Source of the DNA: Candidatus Micrarchaeia archaeon
Lineage (GTDB): Archaea > Micrarchaeota > Micrarchaeia > Micrarchaeales > CABMGC01
Direction of reading: 5' to 3'
Length of the DNA stretch: 64,000 bases
NCBI GenBank assembly: GCA_049964835.1
Contig: JBMFWW010000002.1
Span: 1-64,000 of the forward strand
Shown here: one piece after another, positions 29,408 to 39,786 of the stretch
How positions within the stretch are numbered: the stretch's first letter is position 1
Layout of the letters: every line of letters begins with the position of its first letter
Program-made: the position numbers and the translations under genes
The notes under the pieces: generated by a model
Told to the model about the DNA's origin: nothing
The model's input: only the letters and a program-made list of their open reading frames with translations
Databases searched by the model: none

Positions 29408-30753
29408 AGTTAAAGGATATACTTACTCTTGGAATAAAAGGAGTATCTGAGCGTAAGTTCAGAACTGCCCTTACAGTTCTAAGCGTAGTAATAGGCATTG
29501 CAGCAATAGTGGCCCTTATTTCATTAGTTAGTGGAATTTCAGTAAGCATCTCAAAGTCATTAGAAAGTATAGGTCCTACAACTATTATTCTAACTTCATC
29601 ACCATCGCATATATTTACAAATGCAGATATAGCTGAAATAGAGTCGCTTCCTAATGTAAGTACGGCAATACCTGTTATTAGATTTTCTGCCAATGTAACG
29701 ACTGGCAATACACAGCAAACAGTAACGGTATATGGTGTTTCAAATTCATTTCTTCCCAATGCGCTTGGAAGCATAAATTTATATTCAGGAACTGTCTACA
29801 ATGACTCTACACTTCCTACTGCTTTAGTCGGTTACGATGTTGCATTTCCAACAACTTCTCAAGGTACTTCTTCGGTAAATCTAAATCAACCTGTTTATTT
29901 AACCGAACATGCTCCTAATTCTGGAACAAAAAGCATAACTCTTATACCTGTTGGTATACTTAATCAATATGGCTCTTCATTACTCATATCACCAGATTCA
30001 TCAATATTCATTCCAATACAAAATGCAGTAACAATAACTGGAAAGTATTCATACAATATAATTCTAGTGCAGGCTACCAACGCATCAAGCGTCTCTGCAT
30101 TATCCTCACTTCTTAAAAATATTTATGGAAATGGTGTCGAAATACTTTCTGTACAAGCACTTGCTAGTACGGTTAACTCTATAATAGGCTCAATTGGCGT
30201 TCTTTTGGGTAGTATAGCAGGAATCTCTCTAATAGTTGCTGGCATAAGTATTCTAAGTATAATGATGGTATCTGTTACAGAAAGAACAAGAGAGATAGGA
30301 ATTCTTAAGGCAATCGGCTTCAAGAAAAAAGATGTGCTTATTCTATTCTTATCAGAAGCTCTTATAATAGGGATTTTAGGAGGATTGGTGGGTGTGGGCG
30401 TTGGCGCCGGTGCCTCATACATACTGCCTAGTCTTTTGTCTAGTGGCACTTCAGGTGCACCTTCATCAACATCTGGTTCTAGCATTGCAACCTCTTCAGG
30501 AGGAGGTGGATTCTCAAGAAGCGGCGCAGGCTTTAGTGGAGGAGGAGCAGGTGGCGGAGGTGGTGCAGGAGCCGCTATCGCTAGTTCATCGCCAAGAAGT
30601 TCTGTTTCTAGTAGTTCATTTACTCCTGTGATTACTCCCGAGATAGTTATAATTGCAATATTCATAGCCATTATAGTAAGTCTTTTATCAAGTCTTTATC
30701 CTGCATGGAAAGCTGCAAGTGTAGATCCTGTAAAGGCTATACGCTCTGAGTAA
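29404..30753 (+). CDS. ABC permease (MacB/FtsX family)
   Basis: [45 protein letters not shown]. Confidence 0.93.
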   Translation: MKLKDILTLGIKGVSERKFRTALTVLSVVIGIAAIVALISLVSGISVSISKSLESIGPTTIILTSSPSHIFTNADIAEIESLPNVSTAIPVIRFSANVTTGNTQQTVTVYGVSNSFLPNALGSINLYSGTVYNDSTLPTALVGYDVAFPTTSQGTSSVNLNQPVYLTEHAPNSGTKSITLIPVGILNQYGSSLLISPDSSIFIPIQNAVTITGKYSYNIILVQATNASSVSALSSLLKNIYGNGVEILSVQALASTVNSIIGSIGVLLGSIAGISLIVAGISILSIMMVSVTERTREIGILKAIGFKKKDVLILFLSEALIIGILGGLVGVGVGAGASYILPSLLSSGTSGAPSSTSGSSIATSSGGGGFSRSGAGFSGGGAGGGGGAGAAIASSSPRSSVSSSSFTPVITPEIVIIAIFIAIIVSLLSSLYPAWKAASVDPVKAIRSE

Positions 30754-30855
30754 CAATTATGAATAATATCTCAATGTTATTTTAAAAACATCATTTAAAT
30801 TGATATGGGATAAAAAAGAATAAATAAAAGATAAATACAAAGCAAAAAGAGTTTA

Positions 30856-30930
30856 CGGACATGGCGGGATTTGAACCCGCAACCCTCGGCTCCGCAAGCC
30901 GATGCGCTATCCAAGTTACGCCACATGTCC
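30856..30930 (-). tRNA. tRNA-Arg(GCG)
   Basis: Acceptor GGACATG/CATGTCC, TCGGC-TT GCG GA-GCCGA, GGTTCAAATCC. Confidence 0.95.
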
Positions 30931-31036
30931 AAACAAACATTTTATATATCTTTGTTGATAAAATCTTTTATACATTTATGAGTTAGCTATTATATAGCTT
31001 GCTTATGTAAATATATCTATTAATTATTGTGGTTTA

Positions 31037-31201
31037 ATGACAAGGTTAGGAAAAATTTGTACCTCATGTGGTAGATTAACTGACAAATATGTTGCATTTT
31101 CATGCCCTTCCTGTGGCAAGGCTGAAATCATACGCTGCGACGAGTGCCGCTTAAATCATACTAAATATAAATGCAAAGAATGTGAATTTGAGGGACCATA
31201 A
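31037..31201 (+). CDS. Small Zn-ribbon protein (DUF1610/HVO_2753-like), not in the ORF track
   Basis: MTRLGKICTSCGR...FSCPSCGK..IIRCDECR...YKCKECEFEGP; usual position just upstream of EF-1beta, TAATG overlap. Confidence 0.9.
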   Translation: MTRLGKICTSCGRLTDKYVAFSCPSCGKAEIIRCDECRLNHTKYKCKECEFEGP

Positions 31202-31446
31202 TGGCAGATGTAGCAACAATTTTTAAGGTTTATACAGAAACTGGAAGGGAAACAGAGGTAAGGGACTTAATAGTAAAAAATCTCAAACCTAAAAGTATTC
31301 AGTTAGAAGATGTAGCTTTTGGTATAAAGGTAATAAAGGTAATGTTTGTTCATACAGATGAAGAAGGAAGCACAGCGATAGAAGAAAAGCTAAAATCAGT
31401 AAAAGATGTTACCGAAGTTGAAGTAGCAGATCAAACGCTTCTGTAA
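31201..31446 (+). CDS. ef1b: Translation elongation factor 1-beta
   Basis: EDVAFGIK, D.EG.T..IEE.L..V..V..VEV. Confidence 0.92.
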   Translation: MADVATIFKVYTETGRETEVRDLIVKNLKPKSIQLEDVAFGIKVIKVMFVHTDEEGSTAIEEKLKSVKDVTEVEVADQTLL

Positions 31447-31472
31447 TATAAAACTAGTTGATTTTTGATTTC

Positions 31473-32972
31473 TTACTCTTTTTTACCATTAATTTTTACT
31501 GTCCTAATTATTTTTTTCTTCTTGTCAAATATTCTAAATAAATGATTATTTGTATCTGTTATGTATAGATATCTATTATCTGATTTTACATCGTTAGGTT
31601 CAAATAATCCCAAAGAATCACATTCAGGATCATCAATTTTGCATAAGCATTTTTCTTTTTGTGATATTATACTGTAAGAAACTTGTTTCTTTATGTCTAT
31701 TGCTTTTATTGAGTTGTTAAAGGTATCTGCGATGTAAATTATTCCATTATCATAGCAAAGACCCATAGGGTGCTGTAATAGAGTGTTGCTAACTTTTCCT
31801 ACCCTATCTCCAAAGACAAAAAGTCCAGCACCTACAACTGTACTAGTAAACCTATTTTTTATAGAAATACTCCTTATTCCAGAGCATTCACTATCAGCTA
31901 TATAAATATCTTTATTTTTTTCATCAAAAAATATTCCACTTGGTTGTGCAAAGCAGCAATGTTTTAAAGATCCATCCTCAAGATCTTCATGTCCACTTCC
32001 TGCAAAATGAGATATTGTATTATCATTATCATAACATAAAATCTGATGTGTTCCAGACTGTGCAATGTAAATGGTCTTTCCATCATAAGACAAATCCCAT
32101 GGAGAGTTAAGGTTTGTTTTTGTTGCGATGTGTTCTTCATTAGGCTTAAAGTATCCTCCTGGTTTTCCTGTTCCTGCTACAATTTCAATTAATTCATCAT
32201 TTACACTTACTTTTTTTATTGTATTACTAATCGGATCGCAAACAAGTAATTCATTCCTATTTATCCAGCAAAGGCCTTCTGGCATACTCTGATAACTCGC
32301 ATTTTTATTCTTATTTAAATAAAGTTCTTTTATAAAATTTCTTTTTTTATCCAATACCACTAATCTTTTATTTCCTGAATCTGTAAATGCAATATATTCC
32401 TTGTTTATCGCAATCTTACCTGGGTATCTTAAATACTCAGCGTGCTCTATTTTTTTAAGTTTTGGATTAAAAACTTTATTACTCATTTTTTTATTCGAAT
32501 ATTTTTTAATTAATTCTTGTAAACCTCTGTCAAAATTCTCAAAGGAAATCTCTCCTGAGAACTTTGCTGCTATCTTTCCATACGGATCTAAAATTACAAA
32601 TGTTGGCCAACCTGAAGCTCCGTATTCTTTCCACGTTTTCATATTGCTATCTAAAAGAACAGGGTGTTTAATACCATATCTAGTTATCGCTTCAAGAACA
32701 TTTTCCCTACTTTTTTCCGATTCAAATTTAGGAGAATGTACTCCTATTACAACAACCTTTTTATTTTCATATTTCTCTTGTATTTTTTCAAGTATGGGTA
32801 TCATATGCACGCAATTTATGCAACAATAAGTCCAAAAATCAATAACGACTATTCTTCCGGCAAGATCTTTTAGTTTAATTTTATTATTTGAGTTTATCCA
32901 TTCGAGTTTATCATCAAATTCAGGAGCCTTTAATCCTGGGATAGAAAATAAACCAATATTCATGCTAATCAT
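31473..32972 (-). CDS. Thioredoxin-like + NHL-repeat protein (NHLRC2/SOQ1-like)
   Basis: DFWTYCCINC, GVHSPKF, WPT, NHL repeats (SPWD, AQPSG, LQHPMG, IADTFN). Confidence 0.9.
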   Translation of the reverse strand: MISMNIGLFSIPGLKAPEFDDKLEWINSNNKIKLKDLAGRIVVIDFWTYCCINCVHMIPILEKIQEKYENKKVVVIGVHSPKFESEKSRENVLEAITRYGIKHPVLLDSNMKTWKEYGASGWPTFVILDPYGKIAAKFSGEISFENFDRGLQELIKKYSNKKMSNKVFNPKLKKIEHAEYLRYPGKIAINKEYIAFTDSGNKRLVVLDKKRNFIKELYLNKNKNASYQSMPEGLCWINRNELLVCDPISNTIKKVSVNDELIEIVAGTGKPGGYFKPNEEHIATKTNLNSPWDLSYDGKTIYIAQSGTHQILCYDNDNTISHFAGSGHEDLEDGSLKHCCFAQPSGIFFDEKNKDIYIADSECSGIRSISIKNRFTSTVVGAGLFVFGDRVGKVSNTLLQHPMGLCYDNGIIYIADTFNNSIKAIDIKKQVSYSIISQKEKCLCKIDDPECDSLGLFEPNDVKSDNRYLYITDTNNHLFRIFDKKKKIIRTVKINGKKE

Positions 32973-32991
32973 AAATTATATTTATAATAAG

Positions 32992-33771
32992 TTATTTAGA
33001 TACTTTATTTAATTCTGAATGTTCTTTAACTGGCGAGTAATATGCATTTAGCAAAAAACGCATGCTAACATTTTTACTAAGCTCCTCACATATCCTATTA
33101 AAGGATTCATCTGGATCTAAATTTTTAAAACATAAAAGTATCTTATTTGCAGTCATAAAACCAGATCCAAGAGAGTAATTTGAGAATAACTTATCCAACT
33201 TAAATAAATAATTATTTAAACTATTATTTATTATCATAGAGTCTATACAGTTTATAACTAAAATGCCATTTTCTTTGAGAGATCTATAACTATTTTTAAC
33301 AAATTCTTCGGTAAGAAATTCTTCAGGTATGTTATCTATTTCATACGCATCTAAAATAATTATATCGTATGTATTTTTTCTAGAAGATACAAAATCAAAG
33401 CCGTTTTTGTTATATATTTTTACAGAATCTTCAATCTCATTATCTTTGAAAAAATTTTTGTATAAAGAGATTACTTCGTTGTTTATTTCAACAACATCTA
33501 TATTTGCTCTGGTAAATATTTTAGAAATTTCTTTAATAATACTTCCGCCTCCAAGGCCTATCATAAGTATGTTTGGCTTTTCAAAAACATAACAAACTGG
33601 AGGTATAAGATCCCAATACTCTCCTGAAAAAACAGATTTTTTATTCACTCTACTTTGTATTACTCCATTAAACTTCAATGTTTTATATTTTTCATCCTCG
33701 CTTATTTCTATCTTTTTTCCAAATGATTTAATTACAAAATTTCTTTTTTTAAAAATATTTAAAAAAGTCAT
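32992..33771 (-). CDS. Spermidine-synthase-like SAM-dependent methyltransferase
   Basis: LMIGLGGGS, VVEIN, YDIIILDAY. Confidence 0.8.
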   Translation of the reverse strand: MTFLNIFKKRNFVIKSFGKKIEISEDEKYKTLKFNGVIQSRVNKKSVFSGEYWDLIPPVCYVFEKPNILMIGLGGGSIIKEISKIFTRANIDVVEINNEVISLYKNFFKDNEIEDSVKIYNKNGFDFVSSRKNTYDIIILDAYEIDNIPEEFLTEEFVKNSYRSLKENGILVINCIDSMIINNSLNNYLFKLDKLFSNYSLGSGFMTANKILLCFKNLDPDESFNRICEELSKNVSMRFLLNAYYSPVKEHSELNKVSK

Positions 33772-33779
33772 TAAATACC

Positions 33780-34055
33780 TTACTTCTTAGATTGCTTAGG
33801 TATCTGCTTTGCAAACTCCTCTATTTCCTCTTGAACTTCATCAAGAGCCTTAAGTATTGAGTTTCTTGCATTTTTACTTGATTTTACAATAAGTCTGGGT
33901 TGACCAACATCAGGATGAGTTTTGACTACGCTGACGAATTCTATATCACTTTTCCCTACAAGCTTATCTCTTATAATATCAGCTATTCCTCTATCCATAT
34001 CTATTAGTTCTATTATCATGCTCTTTGTGTCATCTTCAATAATATTTACTTTCAT
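33780..34055 (-). CDS. rpoL: RNA polymerase subunit L (Rpo11)
   Basis: Size and pattern MKV.IIE....IIEL.....GIA.IIR..L......FVS....HP. Confidence 0.8.
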   Translation of the reverse strand: MKVNIIEDDTKSMIIELIDMDRGIADIIRDKLVGKSDIEFVSVVKTHPDVGQPRLIVKSSKNARNSILKALDEVQEEIEEFAKQIPKQSKK

Positions 34056-34273
34056 TTAATCAACAATATATTTAGAATAAGTATATTTTAAACAAAAAAG
34101 TATATAAATATCTTGTTAAAAGCATATATTCTTGATTTTCTGATAATCTCTGAATTAAGACAGTTTTTATACTACAAAAAAGCTATGCTATCCTTTTATA
34201 TATTTTTGTTAATAAATATCTATACGCTATTTAATAGTTTAACTAGCATATTTTAGTAGATTAGTGTGAGTAA

Positions 34274-34693
34274 ATGTCAAATATATTGGAAGCAGACGGT
34301 TCAAAGTTAATATCAAAGGCCGCAGAAAAATTAAAAGAGAGTGGCATAAAAAAACCAGAGTACATAGATTATGTTAAATCGGGCGCAGGAAGGGAGCGCG
34401 TTCCATCTGATACTAATTTTTGGTATCTTCGCTGTGCATCAATAATGCGTCAAACTTACATACACGGTACTATAGGTATAACCAAATTAAGATCAAGATA
34501 TAGTAACAGAAAAAAGCATGTGGTACATAGACACCATACAATGCCTGCTGGAGGCAGCATAATAAAGGATGCCTTTGATGCTCTAGAAAAGATAGGTTAC
34601 GTTAAAAAGACACCTTCAGGAAGAACGCTAACACCTAAAGGTCGTTCATTTCTTGATAAACTTGCAGGAGAGGTAATTAAAGAGGGTGCATAA
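34274..34693 (+). CDS. rps19e: 30S ribosomal protein S19e
   Basis: VKSG..RER.P, WYLRCASIMR, GGSII, GR.LTPKGRSFLD. Confidence 0.95.
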   Translation: MSNILEADGSKLISKAAEKLKESGIKKPEYIDYVKSGAGRERVPSDTNFWYLRCASIMRQTYIHGTIGITKLRSRYSNRKKHVVHRHHTMPAGGSIIKDAFDALEKIGYVKKTPSGRTLTPKGRSFLDKLAGEVIKEGA

Positions 34694-34695
34694 GT

Positions 34696-35001
34696 TTGCA
34701 GGAAGCTCAAGAGCCTAATGAAGATAGAATAAGAAAAGAATATTCAAGGCGCTTGAAGTTAATGCAGATGGAGCAACAAAAAAGAGAGATAGCTAGAAAG
34801 TTCACAACAAATGAAGCTTATGAAAGATTGATGAATGTAAGAATATCAAATAGAGATTTATACGATCAGCTAATAAATTTAATAATAAATATGGCTCAAA
34901 GCAGGCGAATAATTAGCAAACTAACTGATGAGGAGCTTAAGCAGCTACTTACTAAGTTAACATATAAGCCTGATTCAAAGATTGAGTTTAAACATAAATA
35001 A
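34696..35001 (+). CDS. PDCD5-family DNA-binding protein
   Basis: EAYERLMNVRI, LTDEELKQLL; conserved position after rps19e. Confidence 0.88.
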   Translation: MQEAQEPNEDRIRKEYSRRLKLMQMEQQKREIARKFTTNEAYERLMNVRISNRDLYDQLINLIINMAQSRRIISKLTDEELKQLLTKLTYKPDSKIEFKHK

Positions 35002-35010
35002 GGTTTTAAA

Positions 35011-35169
35011 ATGGGTAAAAAATCAGCAAAGAAAAAACAAATGCTTGGTAAAAAATTAAAGCAAAACAGGAGAATACCTGTTCTAGCAGTTCTAAGAACA
35101 CATAGAAAGGTTCAGTTTAACAGATTCCAAAGAAGTTGGAGAAAGAGAAAGTTAGGATTAAAAGGGTAA
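35011..35169 (+). CDS. rpl39e: 50S ribosomal protein L39e (not in the ORF track)
   Basis: MGKKSAKKKQMLGKKLKQNRRIP...RSWRKRKL; operon position. Confidence 0.93.
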   Translation: MGKKSAKKKQMLGKKLKQNRRIPVLAVLRTHRKVQFNRFQRSWRKRKLGLKG

Positions 35170-35174
35170 TTTTT

Positions 35175-35642
35175 ATGGCAACGCAAATATCTAAGACAAT
35201 TGCATTAAGAAAAAAGCTAGTTAAAATACATAGATCTAGAAGACTTAAAAAAGCAGTATCCTACTTTAAGGAAGATATATCTAGATATACAAAATCTGAT
35301 TTAAATTCAATAGAATTAACCGGAGAGCTAAATGGCTATCTTATGCATGAGGTTGCTAAAAATATGAAAAGTGTAAATGTAGTAATAACAAAAGATGGCG
35401 CATCAACAAAAGTAGATCTATCACCTGAATTAAAGAAGCAAAAAACAAAACCAACGCAAGATACATCAAAGACAAAGGACACTAAATCTAAAAATGAAAA
35501 AGAAGAAAAAGCAAAATCAGAAAAGAAAGAGCAGCCTAAAAAAGATGTAGAAAAAGAGAATAAAAATAAAGAAAGCACCACTCAAGTAGAGAAAAGCAAG
35601 GAACAACACAAAAAAACTCATCCTGAAAAAACAGAGAAATAA
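35175..35642 (+). CDS. rpl31e: 50S ribosomal protein L31e with long charged C-terminal extension
   Basis: TIALR...R.KKAV...ELN; position between rpl39e and eIF6; ATG at 35175. Confidence 0.8.
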   Translation: MATQISKTIALRKKLVKIHRSRRLKKAVSYFKEDISRYTKSDLNSIELTGELNGYLMHEVAKNMKSVNVVITKDGASTKVDLSPELKKQKTKPTQDTSKTKDTKSKNEKEEKAKSEKKEQPKKDVEKENKNKESTTQVEKSKEQHKKTHPEKTEK

Positions 35643-35653
35643 GGTTCTTGTAA

Positions 35654-36322
35654 ATGAGTATAAATACACTTACTATACACGGTGACGATTTCATAGGCGC
35701 TTATTGCATAACTTCTGACAATATTGCCATAACTGGATCTATTCTTAAAAAGAAGGATGAAGAGCTTTTTGAAAAAACATTAAAGCTAAAACCTAAAAGA
35801 CTGACTATTGGCGGATCAGATCTCATAGGGCTTTTTAGTAAGGCAAATAAGAATGGAATACTAATATCAAATAATATCTATAACTCAGAGTTAAAACAAT
35901 TCAAGTTGGAATACCCAAATTTAAATATTGGTGTTTTAGACAGTGAACTAAATGCAATAGGCAATAATATACTTATTAATGACAAATTAGCAATTGTAAA
36001 TCCAGATTACAAGGATAAAGATATAAAAATTATAGAAGAAATTTTTGGGGTAGAGGCAATAAAGCTTGAGATAGCAGGATACAAAACTGTCGGTTCACAC
36101 AACATCTTAACAAATAAAGGTCTTGTTGCTAACAATAATATATCTGAAGATGAATTTGACAATCTTAAAAAATTCTCAAAGTCAGTTTCTCAATCTACTG
36201 CAAATTTAGGTTCATTGGCTATAGGTATAAGTGTTATAGCTAATTCAAACGGTATTTTATTTGGAAGCAGCACATCAGGTTATGAAATGGCAAATATACA
36301 AGACGGTCTTGAAATATCTTAA
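35654..36322 (+). CDS. eif6: Translation initiation factor 6
   Basis: IG.Y, IGGSDLIG, N.NGILI, AIGNNILIND, TANLG, ANSNG..G..TSGYE. Confidence 0.93.
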   Translation: MSINTLTIHGDDFIGAYCITSDNIAITGSILKKKDEELFEKTLKLKPKRLTIGGSDLIGLFSKANKNGILISNNIYNSELKQFKLEYPNLNIGVLDSELNAIGNNILINDKLAIVNPDYKDKDIKIIEEIFGVEAIKLEIAGYKTVGSHNILTNKGLVANNNISEDEFDNLKKFSKSVSQSTANLGSLAIGISVIANSNGILFGSSTSGYEMANIQDGLEIS

Positions 36323-36385
36323 AAACTAACTTTACAAAAAGAGATAAATACATTAAGCACTAATCTTTTATAATAAGGTTTTTTA

Positions 36386-36823
36386 ATGTCAGATGCAAAA
36401 ATAACTTCAGACAAATCAGTTGGAAAAAATGAAGCTGTGAATCAACTAAGATATTTGCAGAACGTATACTCGCAGCAGTATGAAATAATTGAAAATCAAA
36501 TTTCAACATATTCTATGTCTATAGATGCAATACAAAAAGGTATAGATGCACTAGAAAAGGCTACAAAATCAGAAAAGGTAAATACACTTATAAATACCGG
36601 TCCTGGAGTTTATATGGATGGAGTAATAACAAATACAAAAACAACCTTAACTTACATCGGCGCCGGCTATTTAGTAGAAAAAACAGTAGCAGAAGCAAAG
36701 GAGTTTATATCAAACAATAAAAAAAGGCAGGAAGAGGTCCTTAAAAAGTTAGTTTCTGAAAAAAGCAAGCTTCAAAACGAATTATTAGATATAATGTATA
36801 AGTTGGAATCATTACAAGAGTAA
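36386..36823 (+). CDS. pfdA: Prefoldin alpha subunit
   Basis: Coiled coil-beta hairpins-coiled coil, IGAGYLVEKTV.EA. Confidence 0.9.
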   Translation: MSDAKITSDKSVGKNEAVNQLRYLQNVYSQQYEIIENQISTYSMSIDAIQKGIDALEKATKSEKVNTLINTGPGVYMDGVITNTKTTLTYIGAGYLVEKTVAEAKEFISNNKKRQEEVLKKLVSEKSKLQNELLDIMYKLESLQE

Positions 36824-36836
36824 TTTAGGTATTAAA

Positions 36837-38330
36837 ATGTTTGATGGACTAAAGAAGAAGTTTTCAAAATTCATAAACTCTGTAACTAAAAAAGAAGAAG
36901 AGGAGATAAAAACAGAGGAGAGCATTAAACAGGAAGTTTCATCAATATCAATACTACCACAGTCAACAGAAGCTCAAAAAGAAGTTCCAACAAAAGATGT
37001 TAATGAAGCACCTATATCTACAATTGAAAAAGAGTTTAGACAAGAAAGTATCAAACAAAATATTCATGAAACTAAATTCGGATCTAATTCTGATATTCAA
37101 AAACACCACTTTATAAAAGAGAAAGAATACGAAAAAGACAAAGAAGACAAAGAAGATAAAGAGGATAAAAAAGTAGTAATTCATAAAATTCCATCAGATA
37201 AAGAAAAAAACAAAACAGAACAAAATGAGGAACCATATAAACACACAGAAAAGATTCATGAAACAAATATTAAGCATGAAAAAGAGTCTAATCACTTAAA
37301 AGAGAATCAAAAAACAAATTCTACAAATACACAAGTCAATAAAGATGATTCTAATACAAAAAATAAAAGCATATTTGGTAAAGATATAAAAAATACATAC
37401 TCAATTGAAACCAAAAATGTACAAAAACCAAACGTCACATTCGGAACAAAAATAAAAAGTGTTTTCTTCAAAGAAGTAAGTATAAAAGAGAATGACATTG
37501 AGCCTTTTTTAGAGGATTTAAGAGAGTCATTACTTGAATCTGATGTTAATTACGACGCTTCAGAAAAAATATTAGGAAGTATAAAGACCTCTCTTTTATC
37601 TAGTAAGATTTCTTCAAAGAACATAAATTCACAGATAAGTGGCATTCTTCAAGATTCGATACTTAAGATACTGCAAAAACCTTCTAAAATAGATTTAATA
37701 TCTCTTGCATCATCAAAAAAGGCTTCTGGAGAGCCACTTAAAATTCTTTTCATAGGCCCTAATGGTGCCGGAAAGACAACAACTATGGCAAAGGTTGCAA
37801 CAATGTTTATAAAAAATGATATTTCTGTAGTAATGTCAGCTAGTGATACATTTCGTGCAGCTGCAATAGAGCAAACGGTCATTCATGCAGAAAGGCTTGG
37901 AGTAAATGTTATAAAAGGAAAGTATAATGCCGATCCGGCAAGCGTTGCTTTTGATGCAATAGCGCATGCCAAAGCACACCACATAAATGTTGTTTTAATA
38001 GACAGTGCAGGCAGGCAGGAAACAAACAAAAGTTTAATGGAAGAAATAAAGAAAATAGTGAGAATAGCAAAACCAGATCTAAAGATCTTTGTAGGTGAGG
38101 GAATAGCAGGCAATGCTCTATTAAATCAGGTTTCAGAGTTTAATTCTACTGTAGGATTAGACGGTGTTATATTAACAAAGCTTGATTGTGATGCAAAAGG
38201 AGGAAACACAATATCAATAATAAGTGAAACATCAGTGCCGATACTTTTCTTTGGTATTGGTGAAGGATATGATGATCTTCTTCCTTATGACCCTAATTTC
38301 ATAGTTAAAAATATCTTTTCTGCTTCTTAA
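36837..38330 (+). CDS. ftsY: SRP receptor FtsY with long charged N-terminal domain
   Basis: MFDGLKKK, GPNGAGKTTT, DTFRAAAIEQ, DSAGR, TKLDCDAKGG. Confidence 0.96.
   Translation: MFDGLKKKFSKFINSVTKKEEEEIKTEESIKQEVSSISILPQSTEAQKEVPTKDVNEAPISTIEKEFRQESIKQNIHETKFGSNSDIQKHHFIKEKEYEKDKEDKEDKEDKKVVIHKIPSDKEKNKTEQNEEPYKHTEKIHETNIKHEKESNHLKENQKTNSTNTQVNKDDSNTKNKSIFGKDIKNTYSIETKNVQKPNVTFGTKIKSVFFKEVSIKENDIEPFLEDLRESLLESDVNYDASEKILGSIKTSLLSSKISSKNINSQISGILQDSILKILQKPSKIDLISLASSKKASGEPLKILFIGPNGAGKTTTMAKVATMFIKNDISVVMSASDTFRAAAIEQTVIHAERLGVNVIKGKYNADPASVAFDAIAHAKAHHINVVLIDSAGRQETNKSLMEEIKKIVRIAKPDLKIFVGEGIAGNALLNQVSEFNSTVGLDGVILTKLDCDAKGGNTISIISETSVPILFFGIGEGYDDLLPYDPNFIVKNIFSAS
37134..37172 (+). repeat. 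9-nt tandem repeat encoding KDKEDKEDKEDK in ftsY
   Basis: aaagac aaagaagac aaagaagat aaagaggat aaa. Confidence 0.7.
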
Positions 38331-38354
38331 TTAACTAATAATTTTGTTAATTAA
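38327..38354. terminator. AT-rich inverted repeat between convergent ftsY and fumC
   Basis: TTAATTAAC-N10-GTTAATTAA, with T-runs on the minus strand nearby. Confidence 0.35.
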
Positions 38355-38397
38355 TTATTAATTTTTAAAAATAAAAGAGTAAAAAATAAAAAAAAGT

Positions 38398-39786
38398 TTA
38401 TACCTCATTTTTAGGATTTAGTATTTTATCTAGCGTTTCCTTATCTAATACCTTCATTTCAAGACAAACTTGTTTTATGCTTTTATTCTCTTTTAATGCT
38501 ATCTTTGCAATCTGTGCTGCTTTTGAATATCCGATATATTGATTTAATGCAGTAGCAAGTTCTATGTCCATCTCTAGATATTTATCTATTCTTTCTTTAT
38601 TTGGTTTAATTCCTTTGACACACTCGTCATCAAATGTTTTTATTGCATTTGAAAGTATCTTTATACAATATAACAATTCAAATGAAATAAGAGGTGTGAA
38701 TACATTTAGTTCTAGCTGTGCCCCTGCAACCGCTTCAGAAACTGTTCGTGAAGAACCTATTACTCTATAACATACCATATTCAACATCTCTGGAATGCTA
38801 GGATTTATCTTTCCTGGCATAATTGATGATCCTGGAAGAGCTGGAGGAAGTATTATCTCAGAAAGGCCAGCTCTAGGCCCAGAGCTAAGAAGCCTTAAAT
38901 CATTGCATATCTTACTAAGCATTGTTGCTGTTGTTAATAGGGCATTTGATAGCTCAAGCTGTTCATATCTAAACGACATATTTGTAAAGATGCTGCTAGC
39001 TTTCCTAAGCTTAAGTTCGGTTTCCTTTCTTAGCTCTTCTATTATGTATTTTTGATACTCGCTTCCAGTGTTTATTCCTGTTCCTACCGCAGTCCCACCT
39101 ATCGGAACTTCTAGCAATGCTTCATATGCATTTTCAATACTAAGTAATGATTTAGATATTGCTCCAGCATAAGCACTAAACTCTTCACCAAGTTTCATTG
39201 GCACAGCATCTTGAAGATGCGTTCTACCAATCTTTACTATATTTAAAAATTCCTTTGATTTATAAGAAAAGCTTTCATGAAGTTTTTTTAATTGCGGTAT
39301 TAAGTATTTATTCAAAGTAGTTGCACATGCTATATTTACTGCAGAAGGATATGTGTCATTTGTTGATTGAGACATATTAACATGATCATTTGGATGTACT
39401 ATTTTGTATGAACCTTTTTTACCACCTAACTTTTCTATTGCTATATTTGCTATAACCTCATTTAAGTTCATGTTTAGACTTGTTCCTGCTCCAGCTTGAA
39501 ATGGATCTATTATAAACTGGCCATTAAATTTACCACTTAAAATTTCATTACAAGCGTAAAGTATTGCATTACAAATTTTCTTATCTAATTTATTTGCTTT
39601 CATATTCGCAATTGCTGTAGCTTTCTTTAACTTCGCATAACTGTAAATAAGATCAAGGTCAACTCTCTGACCAGATATTTTAAATTTGTTAATGGTTCTT
39701 TGCGTTTCTGATCCGTAATAGACTTCAATTGGCAATTCAACTTTTCCTAACGCATCCGTTTCAACTCTATTTCTCATTTTTCTCAA
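38398..39786 (-). CDS. fumC: Class II fumarate hydratase / aspartase family lyase
   Basis: HPNDHVNMSQSTND, GRTHLQDA, GSSIMPGKINP; in the SDH operon. Confidence 0.88.
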   Translation of the reverse strand: MRKMRNRVETDALGKVELPIEVYYGSETQRTINKFKISGQRVDLDLIYSYAKLKKATAIANMKANKLDKKICNAILYACNEILSGKFNGQFIIDPFQAGAGTSLNMNLNEVIANIAIEKLGGKKGSYKIVHPNDHVNMSQSTNDTYPSAVNIACATTLNKYLIPQLKKLHESFSYKSKEFLNIVKIGRTHLQDAVPMKLGEEFSAYAGAISKSLLSIENAYEALLEVPIGGTAVGTGINTGSEYQKYIIEELRKETELKLRKASSIFTNMSFRYEQLELSNALLTTATMLSKICNDLRLLSSGPRAGLSEIILPPALPGSSIMPGKINPSIPEMLNMVCYRVIGSSRTVSEAVAGAQLELNVFTPLISFELLYCIKILSNAIKTFDDECVKGIKPNKERIDKYLEMDIELATALNQYIGYSKAAQIAKIALKENKSIKQVCLEMKVLDKETLDKILNPKNEV

